Shown here: in pieces, positions 1 to 8,722 of the stretch | How positions within the stretch are numbered: the stretch's first letter is position 1 | Layout: each line of letters opens with the position of its first letter | The notes under the pieces: model-generated | What the model was told of the DNA's origin: nothing | Databases searched by the model: none | What the model saw: the letters and a program-made list of their open reading frames with translations, nothing else | Position numbers and translations under genes: made by a program | Origin: Candidatus Staskawiczbacteria bacterium | GTDB lineage: Bacteria; Patescibacteriota; Minisyncoccia; Minisyncoccales; Staskawiczbacteraceae | Assembly: GCA_041659225.1 (NCBI GenBank) | Contig: JBAZYR010000001.1 | Location: forward strand, 98,087-162,086 | Length of the DNA stretch: 64,000 nucleotides | Reading direction: 5' to 3'

Positions 1-1
1 T

Positions 2-826
2 TTGAGGGAGGCAACGAAGCAAATGGGATGGCAGAACTTAATAGATATTAAGGAAAATGGAGAAATTATCAAAGTAAAAGTTACTGGAGTAAACAAAGGC
101 GGCCTTTTGACCTCGGTTCAAGGTATTGCTGCTTTCCTGCCAGTATCCCAACTTTCTCCAGAGCACTACCCTAGGGTGGCCGAAGCGGACAAGCAAAAGA
201 TATTGAAGGAACTTCAGAAATTCGTCGGCCAAACATTAGAGGTTAAAATCCTTGACTTAGCTATTGATGAAAACAAGCTCATTCTTTCTGAAAAAGCCAA
301 GAGCGAAGAGAAAACAAAAGAATTCCTGAAGAATTACAAAGCTGGAGATATAATAAATGGCGAAGTCTCAGGAATTGCCAACTTCGGCGTGTTTATAAAA
401 TTCCCGGCTGGCGAAAAAGAAGCTTCTTCGCAAATCGAAGGATTAATCCACATTTCCGAATTAGATTGGCAGTTGATAGAAAACCCGGCTGATTTAGTAA
501 AAATCGGAGACGAAGTAAAAGCTCAAATTATTGAAATTAGGAATAGCCAGGTGTTCTTATCCTTGAAATCCTTAAAGAAAAACCCTTGGGAAGATATTGA
601 GAAGAAGTACAAAAAGGGAGATACTATCAAGGGAAAAGTTACTAAATTGAATCCTTTCGGAGCCTTCATTCAGGTAGAGGATAAAATCCAAGGATTGTGC
701 CATATATCTGAATTTGAATCACTGACAAAAATGGAGGAGTCTTTAAAGGTTGGAGAGACCTACGAATTCCAGGTTTCTTCAGTAGAACCGAAAGAATACA
801 GGATGAGTTTAAAATTGGTGAAATAA
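2..826 (+). CDS. rpsA: S1 RNA-binding-domain repeat protein (ribosomal protein S1-like), probably 5'-truncated by the window edge
   Basis: Three S1/OB-like repeats, e.g. GEVSGIANFGVFIKF...GLIHISELDW and GKVTKLNPFGAFIQVEDKIQGLCHISEF. The ORF is open to the window edge. A hairpin terminator follows. Confidence 0.7.
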   Translation: MREATKQMGWQNLIDIKENGEIIKVKVTGVNKGGLLTSVQGIAAFLPVSQLSPEHYPRVAEADKQKILKELQKFVGQTLEVKILDLAIDENKLILSEKAKSEEKTKEFLKNYKAGDIINGEVSGIANFGVFIKFPAGEKEASSQIEGLIHISELDWQLIENPADLVKIGDEVKAQIIEIRNSQVFLSLKSLKKNPWEDIEKKYKKGDTIKGKVTKLNPFGAFIQVEDKIQGLCHISEFESLTKMEESLKVGETYEFQVSSVEPKEYRMSLKLVK

Positions 827-837
827 AAGATAAACAG

Positions 838-871
838 AAAGCACCGGGCATTACTGCTCGGTGTTTTTTTG
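838..871 (+). terminator. Rho-independent terminator after the S1-like gene
   Basis: Stem caccg (842-846) pairs with cggtg (859-863), extended by A/T pairs, followed by ttttttt (864-870). Confidence 0.7.
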
Positions 872-965
872 TATTAAAAGAGGGCGCTCGTCGAGAACAA
901 GCGCCCTTTGGGAATCGCCAAACGGGTAACGTTTCTTTGTTTACTGAGCCGGTTCTCGAAACCGG

Positions 966-2255
966 TTACTTTGCTTCCGGCCCGTCAGAGCTGGAAGCGG
1001 GGGCGGAGGCGGGGCGGGACTTGGGCGGATGTTTTTCCACCCACTCGGTCCGTTTCATCGTGACCAGGTCCATGGCCAGGGGGTCGTTGTTGAGCTCGTC
1101 GTTATGGACGAACCACATCTTTTGCAGCAACGAAATCTGGTCGTCGCTGAACCCCATGTCGCTGAAGTACCGGCGACTAGGGGGGTACGGCGAGAAAAGA
1201 GAGCCCGGCTTGAAGAACAAGCCGTTCTCCTTGAACGCCTCCATTCGACGAGCGAACTGACCGAACCCACGGGAGTCGTTTGCCCAGTCAACAACGACCG
1301 AGCAACCTCTCTCGTGATTGAGAAGGACGACACCGCCCTCGATGGTCGTCCCGTCTCTATCGGTTTTCTTCAGCGCCCGGAGAATGTAGAACCCATCCCG
1401 GCCTTCGAGAACCTCGGCGAGAGTCACAGTGGTGGCACGCAGCAGGTTTGCAGCGTGCTTATCCCACTCTTCCCTCTCGCAGGCCCAAATCTTCTGGTTG
1501 AGCTCTTGCCAGAGCCCTCGGAGAACTTTCACGTTCTCCGGAGAAATCTTGGCCCGCGCTACGAAGTTGTAACGCTTGCCACCGATGGTATTCCAACCAT
1601 CGGTATCCCGGAATTTGCCACCGGGAAGATCCCCCTCGATGCTCGGCGAGACCACTTCCTCGAGCCGATGCTCCTTCACCAGTTCGGCGAACATGGCGTT
1701 CGCCTTCTTGAAGGAGGGCATCTCCCGCCTGAGGTGGTACTTGTAGAACCCGACCCAGGCAGCCTCGAGGTACATCGCGCCTTCCTCGCCGGCCAGATAC
1801 CTGTCGAGCAGATCTTGCATCTGCCGCGCATCAACCGCGAAGGTGTTGTCAGTCTCGGGGTTCTTCATTTCCCGAGCTGGCGCCGGCATGGTGCGGAAGT
1901 CGTCCAACGACGGCATAGCCGTGTTAAGGACCCACTCCTCAACCTGTGCCGCGTACTCGATCACCTTCTGCGCCCGAATGATCCCGCTCTTGACATTCAG
2001 CGGTCTGAGCAGGTTCAGGGTCGGGACAATGGCCGGAATCACGCTGGCCGATGTTTCGGCCACAAACTGTGCGGCGACTCCGCCCTTGGTGACGCCGACC
2101 CCCTTTGGGTCGTGGTCAACATGAGCAGGAATCACTTCCTCGGCCACCGCCTCTTCGGTGGACTTTTGAGGGAGGGTCAGACTTTCGAGGCTGTCACCAG
2201 CCTCCAAACCGCCTTTTCGGGCGCCACGAGCGCCCTTTGTTTTCTTTTCCTTCAA
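966..2255 (-). CDS. Hypothetical protein, no recognisable domain; high-GC, likely horizontally acquired
   Basis: Long ORF. I place the start at TTG 2255, with AAGGAG (2270-2265) 9 nt upstream and a consensus promoter further upstream. The ORF-track ATG at 2426 lies upstream of that promoter and inside the neighbouring gene's 3' end and terminator, so I reject it. Line 1021-1080 counts 35/60 G+C, against 21/60 for ftsH line 3181-3240. Confidence 0.6.
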   Translation of the reverse strand: MKEKKTKGARGARKGGLEAGDSLESLTLPQKSTEEAVAEEVIPAHVDHDPKGVGVTKGGVAAQFVAETSASVIPAIVPTLNLLRPLNVKSGIIRAQKVIEYAAQVEEWVLNTAMPSLDDFRTMPAPAREMKNPETDNTFAVDARQMQDLLDRYLAGEEGAMYLEAAWVGFYKYHLRREMPSFKKANAMFAELVKEHRLEEVVSPSIEGDLPGGKFRDTDGWNTIGGKRYNFVARAKISPENVKVLRGLWQELNQKIWACEREEWDKHAANLLRATTVTLAEVLEGRDGFYILRALKKTDRDGTTIEGGVVLLNHERGCSVVVDWANDSRGFGQFARRMEAFKENGLFFKPGSLFSPYPPSRRYFSDMGFSDDQISLLQKMWFVHNDELNNDPLAMDLVTMKRTEWVEKHPPKSRPASAPASSSDGPEAK

Positions 2256-2306
2256 CTTCAGATCTCCTTGTAAAATACCCGTTCGGCGATTAAACGAACT
2301 GAGTAT

Positions 2307-2335
2307 ATTATAGCAAACTGTCCAAACATTGTCAA
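2307..2335 (-). promoter_or_regulatory. Consensus sigma70-type promoter (TTGACA-17 nt-TATAAT) for the high-GC gene
   Basis: The minus strand reads TTGACA (2335-2330), a 17-nt spacer, then TATAAT (2312-2307). It sits between the upstream terminator and the RBS/TTG start. Confidence 0.7.
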
Positions 2336-2340
2336 GCCCT

Positions 2341-2367
2341 AGAAAAAAACAGCGCAGGACGCTGTTT
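2341..2367 (-). terminator. Rho-independent terminator of the NYN gene
   Basis: The minus strand reads aacagcg-tcctg-cgctgtt followed by ttttttt, 13 nt after the stop codon at 2380. Confidence 0.75.
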
Positions 2368-2379
2368 CTAGCCTTATCA

Positions 2380-2937
2380 TTATCTTCCGAGCTGGAAGGT
2401 ATAAAGCATTTGTTCTCCGTTGTCATTAAGGTCGGCGCATTCAGCTAAGGACGCTGATAGCTTTTTCGCGTGAGCGAAAATAATCACTTTTTTCCCTTGA
2501 CGTTGTAGCCACCGACAAAACTTTGTGAAGTCGGCGTCTCCGCTAACCACGCAAACGTGCGTAAAGCTTGTTGTTTCGTTAACTAACTCTCTTCCGAATG
2601 TTATAAGCGCCTCGTCAACTATCCCATGCCAAACTGGATCGCGTTTTTGCATAACTACCATCGGGGAGACCACCGGATGAATGCCAAGTTTGTAAAAATC
2701 TTCTGAAAGACGCATGATGTCCCGAGTAGTTATGAACGTAACACTCATGGTTATCCTGCCGATTTCACCAAGCTTCTCGGTAATTTCGGCATAAAGCGAC
2801 TTTAGGGAGAAAGCGCTGGGGCCAATAACAGCGAAGTTATCTATCGTGGAATTTTCCCAGTCGATTAGGACCAAAATTCTGTTCTCGTGTGGTTTCTGAG
2901 GAAAGAATCTCATGGCCACGCGGCGAAAAAAAGACAT
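2380..2937 (-). CDS. NYN/LabA-like (PIN-like nuclease fold) domain protein
   Basis: Motifs RILVLIDWEN near the N-terminus and VCVVSGDADFTKFCRWLQRQGKKVIIFA are typical of the NYN (PF01936-type) family. Start chosen at ATG 2937, with AAGGAAAGGG upstream. The ORF-track start at 2991 is less likely. Confidence 0.65.
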   Translation of the reverse strand: MSFFRRVAMRFFPQKPHENRILVLIDWENSTIDNFAVIGPSAFSLKSLYAEITEKLGEIGRITMSVTFITTRDIMRLSEDFYKLGIHPVVSPMVVMQKRDPVWHGIVDEALITFGRELVNETTSFTHVCVVSGDADFTKFCRWLQRQGKKVIIFAHAKKLSASLAECADLNDNGEQMLYTFQLGR

Positions 2938-3144
2938 TGTATCCCTTTCCTTTCTGCGCTCCTTGCTTGAGACTAAGACTCGACCTCGCACGACCTCGGA
3001 TGTATCTTGTAAATGTACAGGGTTATAATGATTTGATTAGTCTATACTAAATAGCTGACTCTGTCAACTATTATCACGGGTTGAATTTATATATTTTTTC
3101 TGTTATTCTGGAAAGTAAACTTCTATATTCTTAACTACAATAAT

Positions 3145-4971
3145 ATGAACGCCCTATTAAAAAACTTTATCCTGACAATTTTAATTCTTTTAGCTTTGGG
3201 TGGAATCTTCAGCGTCCTATATATCCCCACAGATAATATTCCTGTGATCTCAATAACGAAACTAGTGGAAGAAATCAACCAGGATAAGGTTCAGAAAATA
3301 ACAGCAGCTGGAGACGACCTTTCGATTATATATAAAGACGGGGAAAAAGCAACATCAAAAAAAGAAGTTGGAGTAACTTTGTCACAGAATCTTACTGATT
3401 TAGGCGTAGACAAAGCAAAACTCAACGCGATTGAATTTGATGTGCAAAACCAAAAACAAGACACCTGGTCATGGTTAATGCCAATATTGGTATTTGGTAT
3501 ATTGCCACTGCTTGTTTTCGGAGTATTTTTCTGGATGATATTCCGCCAAGCAAAAAGCGGAGCAGTCCAAAGTTTTGACTTCACTAAGTCACGTGCTCGC
3601 CTCTTTGGGGCCGAGGGCCATTCAAAAGAAAAGATATCATTTAAAGATGTAGCAGGATTGAAAGAAGCGAAGGAAGAATTAGTAGAAATAGTTGATTTCT
3701 TAAAGTTCCCTAAAAAGTATTTACAAATGGGGGCAAAAATTCCTCGCGGTGTGTTGCTATTGGGATCTGCTGGAATTGGAAAAACTCTGCTTGCCAGAGC
3801 TGTCGCCGGAGAGGCCAATGTTCCCTTCTTTTCAATTTCTGGATCTGAATTTGTTGAAATGTTCGTCGGCGTGGGATCAGCGAGAGTAAGAGATCTTTTC
3901 TCAACGGCGAAAAAACATTCCCCGTCAATAATTTTTATTGATGAATTAGATGCCATCGGTAGGCACAGAGGAGCTGGGATTGGAGGAGGTCACGACGAAA
4001 GAGAACAAACCCTTAACCAGATACTGGTTGAAATGGATGGTTTTGATAGAGAAAACAATGTCATTGTAATGGCTGCAACTAATCGCGGAGATATTCTTGA
4101 CCCCGCCCTATTGAGACCTGGCCGCTTCGACCGAAAAATTATCCTAGATCCGCCAGATGCTAACGATAGAGAAGAAGTTTTGGTTATCCACAGCAAAGGA
4201 AAGCCCATGGCGCCGGATGTAAAACTCCGGGAAATTGCCGAAAGAACGCCTGGATTTTCCGGAGCTGACTTGGCTAACGTCGCCAACGAAGCTGCTCTTT
4301 TATCTGCAAGAAGGAATGAAACTCAAATCCATCAAAAAGAGTTTTTGGAGGCAATCGAAAAAGTTTTGCTTGGCCCTGAAAGAAAAAGCCATATTTTGTC
4401 TAAAGATGAAAAAGAAATTGCTGCTTACCATGAAGCCGGACACGCTTTAGTTTCCGCTTCTTTACCTGGGACAGAACCTGTCAGAAAAATATCCATAATA
4501 GCTCGAGGAATGGCAGCCGGCTACACCTTGCAGATGCCGAGTGAAGCAAGGAAGATAAAAAGGAAAACAGAATTTTTATCGGAAATAGCGACGCTATTGG
4601 GAGGATATTGCGCCGAGAAAATAATCTTTAAAGAGATTACGACCGGAGCAAGCAATGATTTATCCAGAGCATCAGATTTAGCAAGAAAATTAGTTAAGGA
4701 ATATGGCATGTCGCCCTTGGGTCCGATTTCATACGGTGAGAAGGAAGATTTGGTGTTTCTTGGCAAAGAGATTTCAGAGCAAAGAAACTATTCTGAAAAG
4801 ATTGCTTCCTCAATTGACGACGAAGTTGAAAAGTTTATAAAAGCGGGAGAGAAACAGGCCAACGATGTTTTGAATAAAAGAAAGAAACTACTTGGAAAAA
4901 TAGCTAAAACCCTAATTGAAAAGGAAACAATAGAGAGAGAGGAGTTTGAAAATTTAATGAAAAAAGGTTAA
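3145..4971 (+). CDS. ftsH: ATP-dependent zinc metalloprotease FtsH
   Basis: N-terminal TM helices. AAA module with Walker A GSAGIGKT (variant of GPPGTGKT) and Walker B IIFIDELD. Zinc site HEAGHA. 608 aa. Confidence 0.95.
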   Translation: MNALLKNFILTILILLALGGIFSVLYIPTDNIPVISITKLVEEINQDKVQKITAAGDDLSIIYKDGEKATSKKEVGVTLSQNLTDLGVDKAKLNAIEFDVQNQKQDTWSWLMPILVFGILPLLVFGVFFWMIFRQAKSGAVQSFDFTKSRARLFGAEGHSKEKISFKDVAGLKEAKEELVEIVDFLKFPKKYLQMGAKIPRGVLLLGSAGIGKTLLARAVAGEANVPFFSISGSEFVEMFVGVGSARVRDLFSTAKKHSPSIIFIDELDAIGRHRGAGIGGGHDEREQTLNQILVEMDGFDRENNVIVMAATNRGDILDPALLRPGRFDRKIILDPPDANDREEVLVIHSKGKPMAPDVKLREIAERTPGFSGADLANVANEAALLSARRNETQIHQKEFLEAIEKVLLGPERKSHILSKDEKEIAAYHEAGHALVSASLPGTEPVRKISIIARGMAAGYTLQMPSEARKIKRKTEFLSEIATLLGGYCAEKIIFKEITTGASNDLSRASDLARKLVKEYGMSPLGPISYGEKEDLVFLGKEISEQRNYSEKIASSIDDEVEKFIKAGEKQANDVLNKRKKLLGKIAKTLIEKETIEREEFENLMKKG

Positions 4972-5004
4972 CCTTCCATAGTACGATTATTGAAACAGAT
5001 AATC

Positions 5005-5077
5005 GGGCCTGTAGCTCAGCGGTTAGAGCACTACTCTTATAAAGTAGGGGTCGATGGTTCGATCCCATCCAGGCCCA
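5005..5077 (+). tRNA. tRNA-Ile (anticodon UAU)
   Basis: Hand-folded cloverleaf: acceptor gggcctg/caggccc, anticodon stem ctact/agtag, loop cttataa, T-loop ttcgatc. No encoded CCA. Confidence 0.8.
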
Positions 5078-5085
5078 TTGGGTTA

Positions 5086-5159
5086 GGGCGATTAGCTCAC
5101 TTGGTTAGAGCGCATGCATGACACGCATGAGGTAAGAGGTTCGAATCCTCTATCGCCCA
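5086..5159 (+). tRNA. tRNA-Val (anticodon GAC)
   Basis: Acceptor gggcgat/atcgccc, anticodon stem catgc/gcatg, loop atgacac, T-arm agagg-ttcgaat-cctct. Confidence 0.85.
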
Positions 5160-5177
5160 CACCGTAAAGTTACCAAA

Positions 5178-5891
5178 ATGCAAAACGAAACCTTAAAAGT
5201 TATCTACGAGGATAGCTATTTATTAATTATTGATAAACCCGCTGGTTTATCTGTTTATTCGGAAAACCCTACCGAAGAGAAAACCTTAATCGACTATATC
5301 CTTAAAGAATACCCGGGAATTAAGGACGTTGGCGAGGCGCCAAGATACGGAATTGCTCATCGTCTGGACAAAGAGACTTCAGGCATTATTTTAGTCGCCA
5401 AAACTAACGAGGCCTTGATTTTCCTTCAAAAACAGTTTAAAAATAGGACAATATCGAAAAAATACCTGGCCTTGGTAATAGGCGAGGTAAAAGACAACGT
5501 CGGTACGATAGAAACCTTAATCGGCAGATCTCCTAAAGACGGAAAGAAACAAAAGATTTTCTTGGCAGGAGATCCTGGATCTCAAGGGAAGCGGCAAGCA
5601 ATAACAGAGTACAAGGTTATGGAAAGGTACGAAGGATATACACTTTTGGAGCTTACTCCTAAGACAGGACGTAAACACCAAATACGGTGCCACCTTGCAT
5701 ACATCCATCATCCTATCGTTGGAGATAAAGTATATGGCTTTAAAAACCAACCAACGCCAAAAGGACTCACCCGACACTTCCTTCATGCCACTTCCCTACA
5801 ATTCGAACTGCCCAATAAAGAAGTGAAAGGAATAGAGGCGGAACTGCCGGAAGAATTAAAAAATATACTAAATAGTTTAATTTTAAAATAA
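5178..5891 (+). CDS. RluA-family pseudouridine synthase (RluD-like, lacking an S4 domain)
   Basis: Catalytic motif [15 protein letters not shown] and C-terminal KHQIRCHLA motif. 237 aa. Confidence 0.85.
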   Translation: MQNETLKVIYEDSYLLIIDKPAGLSVYSENPTEEKTLIDYILKEYPGIKDVGEAPRYGIAHRLDKETSGIILVAKTNEALIFLQKQFKNRTISKKYLALVIGEVKDNVGTIETLIGRSPKDGKKQKIFLAGDPGSQGKRQAITEYKVMERYEGYTLLELTPKTGRKHQIRCHLAYIHHPIVGDKVYGFKNQPTPKGLTRHFLHATSLQFELPNKEVKGIEAELPEELKNILNSLILK

Positions 5892-5895
5892 AAAA

Positions 5896-6330
5896 ATGAC
5901 TACTAAATTAGAATCTTTCAACCAATCTCAGCTGAAGGAAGGATTATCCGATATCGCCCCAGGCGATACTATTAAAGTCCACCAAAAGATTAAGGAAGGT
6001 GGCAAAGAAAGGATACAGATATTCGAAGGAGTTGTCCTTGCCAGAAAACACGGCAAAGGTCTTTCTTCTACAATCACTGTAAGAAAAGTTATGTCCGGAG
6101 TTGGAGTGGAGAGAATCTTTCCTATCCATTCCCCTGCCATAGCTAAAATAGAGGTCGTTAGGAAAGGAAAGGTAAGAAGGGCAAAACTCTACTACCTCAG
6201 GACAGCCAAAGGAAAGAGGGCGAGATTAAAGGGGGCAGAGTTCAGTCAGGCAATTGCCCCTGAGCAAATTTCTGAAAAAACTACAGAAGAAATCCCTGCC
6301 GAGATTATAAAAACTACTGAACAAGAATAA
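5896..6330 (+). CDS. rplS: 50S ribosomal protein L19 with acidic C-terminal extension
   Basis: [33 protein letters not shown]...[14 protein letters not shown] is a classic L19 sequence. About 30 extra C-terminal residues. Confidence 0.9.
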   Translation: MTTKLESFNQSQLKEGLSDIAPGDTIKVHQKIKEGGKERIQIFEGVVLARKHGKGLSSTITVRKVMSGVGVERIFPIHSPAIAKIEVVRKGKVRRAKLYYLRTAKGKRARLKGAEFSQAIAPEQISEKTTEEIPAEIIKTTEQE

Positions 6331-6358
6331 ATCGCCCCATAAAAACATGAAGTCCAAT

Positions 6359-6440
6359 GCGCGGGTGGCGAAATTGGCAAACGCACTACCTTGAGGTGGT
6401 AGCGCCGCAAGGCTTGGAGGTTCGAGTCCTCTCCCGCGCA
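6359..6440 (+). tRNA. tRNA-Leu (anticodon GAG)
   Basis: Acceptor gcgcggg/cccgcgc, anticodon loop ttgaggt, long variable arm, T-loop ttcgagt. Confidence 0.85.
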
Positions 6441-6449
6441 CTAGTCGAA

Positions 6450-6522
6450 GGGCACTTGGCGCAGTGGCTAGCGCGGCTGCTTTACACGCAGTAGGTCGGG
6501 GGTTCGAATCCCTCAGTGCCCA
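6450..6522 (+). tRNA. tRNA-Val (anticodon UAC)
   Basis: Acceptor gggcact/agtgccc, anticodon loop tttacac, T-loop ttcgaat. Confidence 0.85.
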
Positions 6523-6571
6523 CTAGTTGTTGGTTATTAGAAAATACCTTAAACTAAATAATAGCCATTCA

Positions 6572-6644
6572 GCCGTGGTAGCTCAGGTAGCAGAGCGCTT
6601 CTCTGAAAAAGAAGAGGTGGTCGGCGCACATCCGACCCACGGCA
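6572..6644 (+). tRNA. tRNA-Phe (anticodon GAA) with non-canonical T-loop
   Basis: Acceptor gccgtgg/ccacggc, D-arm gctc-aggtagca-gagc, anticodon stem cttct/agaag, loop ctgaaaa. The T-arm is gtcgg-cgcacat-ccgac, where the loop cgcacat replaces TTCRANY. Confidence 0.65.
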
Positions 6645-6650
6645 CATAAT

Positions 6651-6725
6651 GCGGGAGTAGTTCAGCAGTAGAATGCTTCCTTGCCAAGGAAGAGATCGCG
6701 GGTGCGAATCCCGTCTCCCGCTCCA
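6651..6725 (+). tRNA. tRNA-Gly (anticodon GCC), CCA encoded
   Basis: Acceptor gcgggag/ctcccgc, anticodon loop ttgccaa, T-loop tgcgaat (G at position 55), 3' tcca. Confidence 0.8.
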
Positions 6726-6847
6726 AAATCGCAGGCAAAAGGCCATTTTTTGGTCTTTTTTTATGTTTTCTTACTTACCCTCAAAACCTTGACATTAGGC
6801 CAAAAATCTGCTAGCATAGAAACATACCCCAAAAGGGGCTTTTTATT

Positions 6848-7363
6848 ATGGAAAACATAACAAAAACCACTATTTTTAGGGCTAAAAACACAATAATTAA
6901 GGTGATGACATTGGGGGTTGTAATTGCCTGTATATTCGAGATATTGACCCCCAAGACTAGTGAGGCAGACTTTCTGCTTGATAACTACAGCTTTTTAGGC
7001 AACCTAGCGATAACCCAAGACAACACGCTATTATCAAAATCCAACTCAATAGAATCTGCTCAGGTGGAAAAAAAAGTAAAAATGGTAATTACGGCCTACT
7101 CCAGCACCGTTGAGCAAACAGATAGCACTCCGTTTGTTACTGCTTCGGGATCTACTGTCCGAGATGGAGTCGTTGCAAATAACATGCTTCCATTCGGAAC
7201 TAAAATAAGAATCCCAGAGCTATACGAAGATAAGGTTTTCGTTGTCGAGGACAGGATGAACACTCGCAAAGGAGATTATCATCTTGATTTATGGTTTGCC
7301 AGTACCGAAGAAGCAAAAAACTTCGGAGCTGAAACAAGCTATATCGAAGTTCTAGGAAACTAA
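6848..7363 (+). CDS. Secreted 3D-domain (RlpA/MltA-like double-psi beta-barrel) protein
   Basis: N-terminal TM/signal region. C-terminal VITAYSS..EQTDSTPFVTASGSTVRDGVVANNMLPFGTKIRIP...VFVVEDRMNTRKGDYHLDLWF matches the 3D-domain pattern. Confidence 0.7.
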   Translation: MENITKTTIFRAKNTIIKVMTLGVVIACIFEILTPKTSEADFLLDNYSFLGNLAITQDNTLLSKSNSIESAQVEKKVKMVITAYSSTVEQTDSTPFVTASGSTVRDGVVANNMLPFGTKIRIPELYEDKVFVVEDRMNTRKGDYHLDLWFASTEEAKNFGAETSYIEVLGN

Positions 7364-7404
7364 ACAAAAAGCCCTCCCTCTTTTACGAGACGGGGGCTTT
7401 TTGT

Positions 7405-8148
7405 TTACTCAGGGAAATATATTTTAATGCTATAAATTATTAAAACACCTATCACGGCTATTGCGAACCCAGCTACGGATTTCTTGATGTTTCTTTCTTT
7501 TCTGCCTTCCGGAATTAAGTCGGAAGCAGCTATGTATATGAACCCTCCAGCTGCGAATGGAAGCAAAAAGTTAGCGGTCAACCCAACGTACGAAGAAAGG
7601 TAATAACCGACAGCCCCGCCTATAACCGCGGTAAGACCGGTAAGAAAATTAAACATCAAGGCTTTTTTCTTTTGGAAGCCAGCGTATATTAAAACCCCGA
7701 AGTTACCCATCTCATGAGGAATTTCATGCAGAACAACAGCGAAAACTGTGGCGAATCCCAAAGGAACACTGGCGACAAAAGCAGCGCCGATTATCAATCC
7801 GTCGGTCAGATTATGGACCGATTCTCCGAGAAGGTTGATATATGCAAAATTGTGCACTTCGCAATGCTCATCATGGCAGTGCCGCCAATGGAGCAACTTT
7901 TCAATTAAAAAGAATAAGAAAAACCCTGTTAGGAGGTATAAAAAAATATTTTCTGGACCAAACTTTTCTATAGCATCGGGCACTAAATCCAAAAGAGCAA
8001 CTGCCATCAATACTCCGACAGACAAATCAACTAAAAAGTTAACTATCTTATTAAGAGTCTTCTCCTTTAATGCTAAAACAAAAGCCCCTATAAGCGACAA
8101 CAGGCTAACTAGTAGTGTACTAGCTAATACGAGTAATAAAATTGGCAT
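7405..8148 (-). CDS. ZIP-family divalent metal (zinc) transporter
   Basis: Multi-TM protein with the HEIPHEMGNFGVLIYAG signature and a His-rich loop (HWRHCHDEHCEVH). Start moved to ATG 8148 because the ORF-track extension runs into tRNA-Leu. Confidence 0.8.
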   Translation of the reverse strand: MPILLLVLASTLLVSLLSLIGAFVLALKEKTLNKIVNFLVDLSVGVLMAVALLDLVPDAIEKFGPENIFLYLLTGFFLFFLIEKLLHWRHCHDEHCEVHNFAYINLLGESVHNLTDGLIIGAAFVASVPLGFATVFAVVLHEIPHEMGNFGVLIYAGFQKKKALMFNFLTGLTAVIGGAVGYYLSSYVGLTANFLLPFAAGGFIYIAASDLIPEGRKERNIKKSVAGFAIAVIGVLIIYSIKIYFPE

Positions 8149-8153
8149 AGTGT

Positions 8154-8239
8154 TGGTGCCCGGGGTGGGAGTCGAACCCACAAGACCTTACGGCCAAGGG
8201 ATTTTAAGTCCCTCGTGTATCCCATTCCACCACCCGGGC
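8154..8239 (-). tRNA. tRNA-Leu (anticodon UAA), CCA encoded
   Basis: The minus strand reads gcccggg...aggga-cttaaaa-tccct, then a long variable arm, gtggg-ttcgact-cccac, cccgggc, acca. Confidence 0.85.
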
Positions 8240-8250
8240 GAAATCGTCTG

Positions 8251-8323
8251 AGGCCGCGGCCGGAATTGCACCGGCGTATACTTCTTTTGCAGAGAAGCGC
8301 CTTAGCTACTTGGCTACGCGGCC
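8251..8323 (-). tRNA. tRNA-Cys (anticodon GCA)
   Basis: Acceptor ggccgcg/cgcggcc, anticodon loop ctgcaaa, discriminator U, T-loop tgcaatt (G at position 55). Confidence 0.8.
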
Positions 8324-8356
8324 GTTATTTACATATTATCAATTTTCCTTTATTTT

Positions 8357-8707
8357 TCAATCTATTATTTCGTCTTCTTTTATCTCCCTTAAAAGTCCCT
8401 CTATCTTAGCTGCTTCAAAAGTCTGTTTTTCTTCTACAAACATTATCTTAGGTATCGGCCGGATTCGGAGCCGTTTATTCAAAGTTTTTTGCAACGTATA
8501 AACCATTTTATTCAAAACTCCGACAGCCCACTTGGCCTTCTCTGGTGGTAGAACCGCGATATATACTTTTGCGTTAGCTAAATCAAAAGAAGTTTCGATG
8601 CGCGTGAGGGTTGCCAAAATATCTATAGGAAACTCAATTTCCTTGGCAATTATTTGAGCTAATTCCTTTTGGACCAAAGAATTCACTCGTTCGGTTCTTT
8701 TTGACAT
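8357..8707 (-). CDS. rbfA: Ribosome-binding factor A
   Basis: 116 aa. RTERVNSLVQKELAQII...ATLTRIETSFDLANAKVYI is a typical RbfA sequence. Lies directly downstream of infB. Confidence 0.85.
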   Translation of the reverse strand: MSKRTERVNSLVQKELAQIIAKEIEFPIDILATLTRIETSFDLANAKVYIAVLPPEKAKWAVGVLNKMVYTLQKTLNKRLRIRPIPKIMFVEEKQTFEAAKIEGLLREIKEDEIID

Positions 8708-8722
8708 TTAAAAAATATTTAA

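Noticed and set aside
1029-2273. 414-aa plus-strand ORF covering the high-GC region
   Set aside because: It is antisense to the 966-2255 gene. Its translation is L/R/V/P/H-rich, as is typical of antisense reading of high-GC coding DNA. It has no promoter or RBS, whereas the minus-strand gene has a consensus promoter, an AAGGAG and protein-like composition.
2256-2426. ORF-track N-terminal extension (ATG 2426) of the high-GC gene
   Set aside because: The extension would span the neighbouring gene's stop, its terminator hairpin and the TTGACA/TATAAT promoter. TTG 2255 with an AAGGAG upstream is the more plausible start.
8149-8181. ORF-track N-terminal extensions running into tRNA genes (also 34493-34633, 41858-42016, 42468-42563, and the small ORFs 6226-6441 and 6549-6746)
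   Set aside because: These segments overlap well-folded tRNA genes. Internal ATGs give proteins that start at the expected conserved N-termini.
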